In this document: positions 54,734 through 64,000 of the stretch, in pieces
Layout of the letters: every line of letters starts with the position of its first letter
Position numbering within the stretch: position 1 is the first letter of the stretch
Assembly: GCF_006345805.1 (NCBI RefSeq)
Contig: NC_043002.1
Span: 34,100,001 to 34,164,000 of the forward strand
Length of the DNA: 64,000 nucleotides
Source of the DNA: Octopus sinensis
Taxonomy: Eukaryota
Direction: 5' to 3'
Notes under the pieces: model-generated
Databases searched by the model: none
Seen by the model: only the letters and a program-made list of their open reading frames with translations
What the model was told of the DNA's origin: nothing
Made by a program: the position numbers and the translations under genes

Positions 54734-56607
54734 ATAGCTGGCCAGAGTGGCTATCCGGGCATTTGAGGGCATATCTGAGAGGGCCACTATAAAAAGCAGT
54801 GGTCCCAAGACAGTGCTCTGTGGAACACTGCTCACTATTTGTGTGTTCATAGAGGTGGCTCCATTAACCACTACTGCGTGACTCCTATCTTTCAGGAAGT
54901 CATGTAACCACACTCCAAGTTTTCCAGCTATGCCGAGGTCACGCAGTTTTTGGCATATCATATCATGATCCACCTTGTCAAAAGCTTTTGCAAAATCAAG
55001 GTAGATTACGTGCACATTTGATTTGTTGAGTAACTGCCTCAACACCCAGTCATAACGTTGTAAGAGCTGGGTCAGGCAGCTCCTGCCTGGTGGAAAACCA
55101 TGCTGGGTTATTTTCCTCAAGGAATGCGATTAGTTTCTTTCTGACTATCCGTTCCATGACTTTGCTGATGTGTGAAGTCTGAGAGATAGGCCTATAGTTT
55201 TTGGCATCTGCTCTACTTCCCCCTTTAAGTATTGGGCATATTATTCCCTCCTTCAGCTTGCTTGGCAGTTTGCCATTCGCAAGAAAGCTCTGGAAGAGAA
55301 TCTTGAGGGGTTTTGCCAGGGCATGCTTACATGCTTTGAGGAGGATGGCTGGGAAATCATCTGGACCAGCAGCTGAGTTTGTGTCCACTTCATCTATGGC
55401 TAGTAGGACATCTTTTTCGCTAATGTCAATACATTCTATTGTAACCGCCTCGCTGGTCATAGGTGAGGCGGCAAAGAAGTCCACTGGGTTCGTTCACTTG
55501 TCTGTGTTCCAACGGGGTGGTAAAGACACTTTTGAACTGGTCATTCAGCATCTCACTGATCTTAGTTGGACTGTCTGTGAGGGAGCCATCCTTTTGGAGG
55601 AGGGGTCCTATCTTGTAGTGCACTGAGACTGTTTCTTTCGCGTAATGAAAGAAGGCCTTTGGGTTTGATTTAATATTTTTTATAACCCAGGCTTCTTTGT
55701 CTGCTTTCTCCTTCACATAGGATTGTTGCAGCCTTTTTTTCGATCTCCGTCAGTGTTGTTTTTAGGCGGGATGTTTCGCTACTTTTGGGATGTTGGTTGA
55801 GACGATTTGCAACCTTCGTCCGTCGTCTCATGAAGATCTTCCTGTCTCTTGGAATCTTGCTCCTATTTGTTTTGGCCTTGTGCTCTGGGACATATTTCTG
55901 GCATACGGCTTGCACAGAAGACATGAAACATTCTAGTTTCATGTCAATGTCTGGTGTGGAGAGACATTCCGGCCAGTCCTCTCTGAGGATCTCTTTTTGG
56001 ATCGATTTTCAATCTGCTTTGTGGAAGTTCAGATTGGAGAGATTTCGGGTGCTTCCTTTAGGCTGTATGTCTCTGGTTACTTTTGGCCCAAACATAGACA
56101 GCTCTATTATGTGGTGATCCGAAACTGATGTCGGTGTCACTTTCACATCATGAATGATGTCCATATCGTTCATGAAGCAGAGATCCAGAATGTTATTCGC
56201 CCTAGTTGGCTTGAGTACAACTTGCTCCATGAATAAGGCATTGGTGAGGTTGAGCAGGGACTCCACCTGTACTTGCTTGCAATGATTCATTCCTGAGAGT
56301 ATGTGACCTTCGGGCCATTTGACGTTGGGGAAGTTGAAATCACCCATAAGAAATATGGTCACGTGTGTTCCAGATTCATGAGGATTTCTTTAATTCTTGT
56401 GAGGCAATCTTCAAACTTGCCTGTGTGATTTGGGGCATCCGGTGGGCAATATGTATTGCATGACTATATTATGTTGTCTTATGTATAAAATTAAAGTGTC
56501 ACATACCGAATTTGAGTATGTCATTAAGACCTGGGGTGTGAGGTCATCTCGGATGTATACAGCAACTCCACCATGGCTCCTTTCCCTGCTTTTGTTATAT
56601 CCAAATA
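54733..56607 (-). mobile_element. CR1-clade LINE ORF2, 5' portion (APE endonuclease to RT up to ASY), inverted
   Basis: GGVAVY, MGDFNFP, NILDL, SDHHII, NPKAFF, NYRPIS, LDFAKAFDKVDH, VPQSTVLGPLLF. Confidence 0.92.
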
Positions 56608-56725
56608 TATAATTTATATACGAGTTAATGTTCAAGTACCTTTTATTATATAACTAATAAAATTATGAAAAAGCGGTAAACAAATGGGATAAATATCTAC
56701 TCTTCCACCTCCTTTCTCTTATATG

Positions 56726-56767
<42 letters not shown>

Positions 56768-56771
<4 letters not shown>

Positions 56772-57727
56772 GAAAGTCTCGCAGAAAATACAGAACCCCA
56801 GCGATGTTGCACACCTGCAGCAGGAGTTGGACTCAATCTACAGATGGGCTGAGGATAATAATATGCAGTTTAATGCTGAAAAATTCCAGGCCCTGCGCTA
56901 CCAGCATCCAAAACTGAATATTAAACTTACAGGATACACTGGTCCACAGGGAATTTCAATCCCAGAGCCTAAGTCTGTGAGGGACCTGGGTATCGACATG
57001 AGTGATGATACCTCTTTCCAAGTGCACATTACCAGGATGGCGACAAAGTGCAGACGACTGGCTGGGTGGATTCTAAGAACATTCAGAACCAGAGATAAGG
57101 AAACCATGATGGTCCTCTGGCGGACATTCGTCCTCAGTCGCCTGGATTACTGCTCACAGCTATGGTCACCCACCAGTGTAAAATTAACAGCAGACCTTGA
57201 AGCAATCAGAGAAGATTCACAAAGAAGATCGTCTCTTTGCAACAGCTCTGCTACTGGGAAAGGCTGAAACAGCTAAGACTCTACTCCCTGGAGAGAAGAC
57301 GGGAGAGGTATGCAGTAATATATGTCTGGAAGATCCTTGAAGGAATTGTGCCAAATTTTGGCATTGTAAGCTACACCAATGCTAGAACGGGACGACACTG
57401 CACAGTGCCAAAGATCCCAGCAATGCCATCACGCTTCAGGACCAGCTTCTGCAACAGCCTGGGTTTCAAGGGCCCACAGCTTTTTAATATTCTCCCAAAG
57501 AGTCTGAGGAACTTGCACAAAGTAGATGTAGCGGTTTTTAAATCAAAGCTGGACATCTTCCTGTCAAGAGTCTCAGATGAACCTACCTCACGGCAAGAGC
57601 TGCAAATGAGAGTAGCTGCATGAAACTCCATTCTTCACCAAGTGCCACATAACAGACGAGGTTCGTCGCAATAACAGTGTAGCACAAAACGGCGGTGCAT
57701 CAGCATGGCCGCAGGTCTGGCTGAACT
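56768..57727 (+). mobile_element. CR1-clade LINE ORF2, 3' portion and 3' UTR
   Basis: TKVSQ..LQQELDSIYRWAEDNNMQFNAEKF, RDLGI, LDYCSQLWSP, YWERLKQLRLYSLERRRERY. Confidence 0.92.
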
Positions 57728-57738
57728 ATAATATATAT

Positions 57739-57807
<69 letters not shown>

Positions 57808-57809
<2 letters not shown>

Positions 57810-57978
57810 CGCAGGAGTGGCTGTGTGGTAAGTAGCTTGCTAACCAACCACATGGTTCCGGGTTCAGTCCCACTGTGTGGCACCTTGGGCAAGTGTCTTC
57901 TGCTATATCCTCGGGCCGACCAATGCCTTATGAGTGGATTTGGTAGATGGAAACTGAAAGAAGCCTGTCGTATATATG

Positions 57979-58011
<33 letters not shown>

Positions 58012-58221
58012 GTTTGTGTGCCTGTGTTTGTCCCCCTAGCATTGCTTGACAACCGATGCTGGTGTGTTTACGTCCCCGTCACTTAGCGGTTCGGCAAAAG
58101 AGACCGATAGAATAAGTACTAGGCTTACAAAGAATAAGTCCCGGGGTCGATTTGCTCGACTAATGGCGGTGCTCCAGCATGGCCGCAGTCAAATTACTGA
58201 AACAAGTAAAAGAGTAAAGAG
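57808..58221 (+). mobile_element. SINE family 2, full length
   Basis: tRNA-like head tggctgtgtggtaag...ggttcagtccc, ccttgggcaagt core, internal microsatellite, LINE-like tail, (gagtaaa)n. Confidence 0.9.
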
Positions 58222-58271
58222 TATATATATGTGTGTGTATATATGTATATATATGTATATACATATATATG

Positions 58272-58306
<35 letters not shown>

Positions 58307-58353
58307 GCATATATATGTATATATGTATATATATATATATATACATATATATG

Positions 58354-58388
<35 letters not shown>

Positions 58389-58574
58389 GCATATATATGT
58401 ATATATGTATATATATATATATACATATATATATGTATATATATATATATACACGCACATATACATACATATATATATATATCTTCATATATATATATGT
58501 ATGTGTGTATATATGTATATATATATGTATATGTATGTATATGTGCGTGCATGTATATATGTATACACGCACAT

Positions 58575-58642
<68 letters not shown>

Positions 58643-58740
58643 TCATATATATGTATGTATATATGTATGTATATATGAAGTGATAGCAAATAACGAAATA
58701 TAGTGATGAGGGAAGGATGAAAAACAAATTACCAAGAGAT

Positions 58741-58794
<54 letters not shown>

Positions 58795-59672
58795 AAGGGC
58801 TGTAGCTATTAGTCAGGATTGATAGAAAGAGAAAGAGAGAGAAATATATCTGAAAGCAAGGTCTAACAATGCCTCAATACGTATTGTAATAAACAAGTGC
58901 TGCGTTAGTGAACAGCATATAAAGATCAATGAAGCGATGCTAAATACACAAAACACACAGTACACACCACATACAATCTCGAACTATATACACTAACTCC
59001 TCGTATAAACATTTATTGTATAAAACTGCAATCAGTGCACTAGATACCGATGTCTTTACATCTATCAGCGCCGACTAACAACCACAATTATTACAGCAAC
59101 TAAATGCTCTTTCTGTTTCACGCGATGACATGCGAACGTTCCGTGAAACGGCGACCTCAGCTACAGTTCTCAGTGCGAATGCCATGCTACACACAGCAGT
59201 ACAACAGTATAAATAATGCCAGTCTGTGGTGGATGTATATAAACACTGATCGCTTCATCAGGTTGTTCCGTCACTCTTGTCTCACCTATGGCGCCATCTT
59301 TACCAGACTGTTCCTCTCCACTAGCTGCTCATCATATGCATCACTAATTTCATATTTCCCGATCATTATGTCTATGTATGTATGTATGTATGTATGTATG
59401 TATGTATGCATGTATGTATGTATGTATGTATGTATGTATGTATGTATGTATGTATGTATGTATGTGTGTATGTATGTATATATGTGTGCATGTATGTATG
59501 TATGTATTATATGTATTTGCGTGTGTGCGTGCGTGCTTGTATATCTATACACGTGAGAGTGTGTATGCATGATTGTGTATACGACTGTATTTAAAGTTGT
59601 TTTTGTTAAATGCATATGCACAATTTGTCTTTGAGCATATGCGATAATATTATGTGGGATATTACTATATGC

Positions 59673-59729
<57 letters not shown>

Positions 59730-60033
59730 GCCATAACACACATACAATAAAACATATGTATACATATGTACATGCACATACATATACTCATATATATATA
59801 TATATATATATACATATATGTATGAATGAGTGGGTGCTGAAAAGGGCTGAGAAAAACTGAATGACCGCTGCAATAAGTGAATCTGAGGGGGAAATATGTT
59901 GAATAAAATCATAATAATCTGATCCTCCTGGATTTTCTTTTACCCAAACCCAGGAACTTTTCAGCACCCGCTCATATACAACGGAGCCGCGTCAGCAATG
60001 GTCTTCCTCGGTCACGAGTGGATGGCCGTCATG

Positions 60034-60075
<42 letters not shown>

Positions 60076-60374
60076 TATTGGAGTACGGCCATACTGGGGC
60101 ATCACCATGAAGGAGTTAATCTATCAAATCAACCCCAATAATTATTTCAAACCTGGTACTTAATACATCGATTTCTTTTTGCCAAACTGATAAGTCCCCC
60201 CTCTCTCTTTTCCCCCTCCCTTTATCAATCACTCAATCAACCATTGCCTATCTATCTATCTATCTATCTACCCACATCTCTAACTGTCTAGCTCTCTCTC
60301 TCTTTCTCTCTCTCTCTTTCTCTATCACTCTATCATGCACACACACCACACACCACACACACACACACACACCA

Positions 60375-60433
<59 letters not shown>

Positions 60434-60553
60434 TTCACTCTGAACAGGAACAAGTCGGCTATAATAGAAAACAGATATCAAGGATGCCGTGCTGTGCAAC
60501 TGAACCCGAGAGCACGCGGTTAGGAAACGAACTTATATATATATACATACATA

Positions 60554-61331
60554 CAGAGTGCAGTGAGTATACTGGCGTCTAAATTACGCAAAAATGAAAA
60601 TATTTCTGACATTTCATTTTAACAGATATATTTACCAAAATTACATAAAAAATATCTTGAAATACTAAAGAATAAATTTATTCAATAAAGTCGCCATTGG
60701 CTTCAACCACGGTCTCCAGATGACTTCAGAAGCTCCTGCAAGTCTTCTGAACGGTCATCTTGTTTAAATTGGTGAATACTGTCATAATCCTTGCTTTCAG
60801 TTCATCTTTGGTCTTGCAAGGAGTTTTGTTGGTTTCTCGCTCAACTACGCCCCACACATAATAACCAGGGTGTTTGCAGTCTGGGGAGTAAGGTGGCCAG
60901 ATGTTAGGGATGATGTGGTTGCAGAAATTGTCTGACAGCCATGACTGGGTTCTCCTGTTTGGGTGGCATGGTGCAGAGCCCTGTTACCAGGTATTAGGGT
61001 CTTCCAGCAGCCAACGGCGCGAAACATCATGATGTTAACAGGATGTTTAATTTTTATCACTCTCAGAACATGCTCTCAGATTGAACTGTCTTCAGACTGA
61101 CCGCCAAACACTCCGAAATGTCCGTATTGGAGCTTCCATCGCGAATGCCAAGCAGTACAGCTTCTCGTTTCGAAATTCTTGGCAGAGTGAATTGCGTCAT
61201 GGTGCTGTTTTTCTCACAGACGGAGCCCAAATGACCCTACAATACTGTGTAGACGGCAAAATCAAAAATAAACAATGTGCATGCACAAAATCAAAAGCAT
61301 CAAATGGCGACAATTTACCCATCGCACGCTG
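60554..61331 (-). mobile_element. Internally deleted maT/DD37D-like transposon
   Basis: Degenerate TIRs cagagtgcagtgagtatactggcg / cgacaatttacccatcgcacgctg; SAPCH...WPPYSPDC..GYYVWG with 37-residue spacing; VVEANGDFIE*. Confidence 0.75.
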
Positions 61332-61360
61332 TGTGTGTGTGTATGTATGTGTATGTATGT

Positions 61361-61410
<50 letters not shown>

Positions 61411-61527
61411 ACGTATATATATATAATATATGATGTATGTATATATATATGTGTTTGTATATATATATATATAAAGTATGTATATATATACATGTGTGTT
61501 TGTATATATATTCATATATATATATGT

Positions 61528-61566
<39 letters not shown>

Positions 61567-61676
61567 ATTTATACGCACACATTCACACATACACACATAT
61601 ATATGTACTCCTGTCTTGGAGTGGAACATATTGGAACGCGTCTCCAAAGATCAGAATATATCATTGGGAGAAAGAG

Positions 61677-61712
<36 letters not shown>

Positions 61713-62348
61713 GAGAGAAAGGAATCGAAGTGTTTGGAAAGACAAAAGCTAATAGCGGAGTTGGCATTGCTTAAGGTTATGGAAAGAATATTTTCACAGA
61801 AATTGATCCCTTTGGATTGAAGTAATGGCATGTAGTTTCGCTCTGAGCGTATATACATTCTTGGAGATTACCGAAAGTACAGCCTCAGCTAAATTAGTAA
61901 AGATTGTCTTTCAAACGGTCCGAAGAGACTGGTTGCATATTGGGAAGTGGGACACCATATGGACTGCGTGATACACGGACACATACATCAGTTTTTGATA
62001 ATGACCTTCAGGAAATTGTACACATAAACAAACACAGACACACACACAAACACAGGCGCACACAAGTGTGAATAAGCAATTATTATTTATAATTTATGAT
62101 GTACATTCATACACACATTCACGCCGGCATGCAAACATATGTATGTATGTATGTATGTATGTAGTATGTATGTATGTATGTATGTATGTATGTATGTATG
62201 TATGCATGCATGCATGTATGTATGTATGTATGTATGTATGTACTTGTGTGTGTGTGTGTGTGTGTGCGTGTATTTATATGTATATCCAAGATGATGCTCC
62301 AGTTTGGCAGCAGCCCAAGTAATATGTGTGTGTGTCTATACATATATG

Positions 62349-62380
<32 letters not shown>

Positions 62381-62430
62381 TGTATGTATGTATGTATGTA
62401 TGTATGTATGTATGCATGTATGTATGTATG

Positions 62431-62675
62431 TATCATATTTGTCGGGCATGTGGAAGAGAGTGTAATTCGGCAGGAGGACTTAAACGACATGCAAAGGTAC
62501 ATGAAGCCCAGGTACAACTACAGTCGGCTATTACCAGTAAAGGTTTTAGTTGCCAATTTTCTACAAGACATTGTAGATCTTTAGCTGGGCTAAAAAGTCA
62601 CATTCGATCACAGCACCAGTAACAGTTAAGCTTCGTGCAATGGCCATACTCGATAACGAGGTGCAGCCATAATAA
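62431..62675 (+). mobile_element. RTE LINE 3' end with two C2H2-like motifs, in (TATG)n
   Basis: CRACGRECNSAGGLKRHAKVH, CQFSTRHCRSLAGLKSHIRSQH*; short 3' UTR stem ctcgataacgag. Confidence 0.75.
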
Positions 62676-62828
62676 TGTATGTATGTAGTTATATATGTAT
62701 GGCCACGATCTCCCATCTTTAAACGGATTAATAAAACTAAAGTATATATATATATTATATATATGTATATGTGTATATATATATATAAATATATATATAT
62801 ATATTATTTATATATATATTATATATAC

Positions 62829-62917
<89 letters not shown>

Positions 62918-62919
62918 CG

Positions 62920-62953
<34 letters not shown>

Positions 62954-63002
62954 TAGATATAGATATATATAAACGCATGTTCACATACAGATCTATAAAC
63001 AC

Positions 63003-63055
<53 letters not shown>

Positions 63056-63444
63056 TGTGCGTGGGTGTGTGTTTGTAGGTGTAGGTGCGTCGATATGGGT
63101 GTGTGTTTGTATGTGTGTGGGGGGGGGGATGTTTAATAAATATATAACACGTTAAATAGAACACTGATTTGTGAAAACGTGTATTGAGCTCGTTAAATAG
63201 TTTTGTACTGATAAAACATTTTTTAACCCGCCTCTCTCTCTCTCTCTCGCTCTCCTTCCTTCTCACTTCGTCACACACACAAGCACGAACACTCACGTAC
63301 CCACAAACACGCACATAAAAACACAGAAGCACACGCAAACATGTACATACAAGCACACACAGATACGCACGCAGGCGCAAAATACACTGAGTAACGCACA
63401 CATACACAATCATACTAAATAACGTATGCACATACATTCACCCT

Positions 63445-63480
63445 TCTGACGCCACTGACGTTCGACCAACCGGAAGTAAT
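63445..63480. promoter_or_regulatory. Possible promoter motif cluster
   Basis: Two TGACG CRE half-sites and an ETS site ACCGGAAGT within 35 bp of non-repetitive DNA. Confidence 0.25.
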
Positions 63481-64000
63481 CGGTTTAATATTTTCAGCCT
63501 ACATTGAACTGGCTCAAAGAACGTTTTTAAGTACTTTTGTTTGTTTGTTTGTTGTTCAAGTTATTGTATATATTTGTTGAACGGTCATGTTGTGGAGTCA
63601 ATGATTCCATAAAGATATTCACACACAGGGCGGCAGCAGGGGCAATAAGACCAGCAGGGGCGAGCTGGCACAAACTGTTTATTCTCTCTTCCGTTGCTTA
63701 CGACGCCATGTGAATTACAATGGATTCTACTAGAAAACTGAGTTACTATTGTTAATTACTGGTGTTTAGTGATTGCCTTTTGTCATGCTTTCCTTAAGAA
63801 AATTCCAGAAATGTTATGCTACTATGGTATTTATTGATACATATTAACTATCTGTGTATGTGTGTATCTATCTGTGTACGTTTGCGAGTGTAATATGTGA
63901 GGTAGTATCACTGATCGTATCATTAGAGTATTTTTAATAATTAGCGGGTCGGCAAAGAGATTCCGATATAATAAGTCCCAGTATCTCTCCTTTTTCAAGT

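Noticed and set aside
59252-59258. CTGATGA on the minus strand as a hammerhead
   Set aside because: No stem II or GAAA downstream.
62326-62622. C2H2 zinc-finger gene exon
   Set aside because: No TGEKP linkers or splice acceptor; followed by an RTE 3' UTR shared with the element at about 16655-16700.

Overview
Eukaryotic, AT-rich, extremely microsatellite-dense DNA made almost entirely of transposon debris; the SINE, LINE and microsatellite make-up suggests an octopus or other cephalopod (inference). Nearly all ORFs in the supplied track are microsatellite artefacts. Supported content: decayed Tigger/pogo, mariner, rosa-like and maT-like transposons plus MITEs; non-autonomous Helitrons; CR1, RTE, R4/Dong-like, other RLE-type and L1/Tx1-like LINE fragments; three tRNA-derived SINE families; and one or two candidate minus-strand host exons near the left edge. 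The most striking signal not explained by protein homology is a set of short non-coding elements sitting in (TA)n/(TG)n tracts. They carry minimal type-I hammerhead-ribozyme-like motifs (about 8 copies, several families, one with a recurrent CUGU-N-GA core variant), and two of these families also occur as 280-320 bp palindromes. This resembles Penelope-like terminal-repeat-derived, retrozyme-like elements. Also notable: a CR1 LINE inverted exactly at its YADD motif, and two SINE/LINE shared 3' tails. All coordinates were counted by eye and may be off by a few bases.
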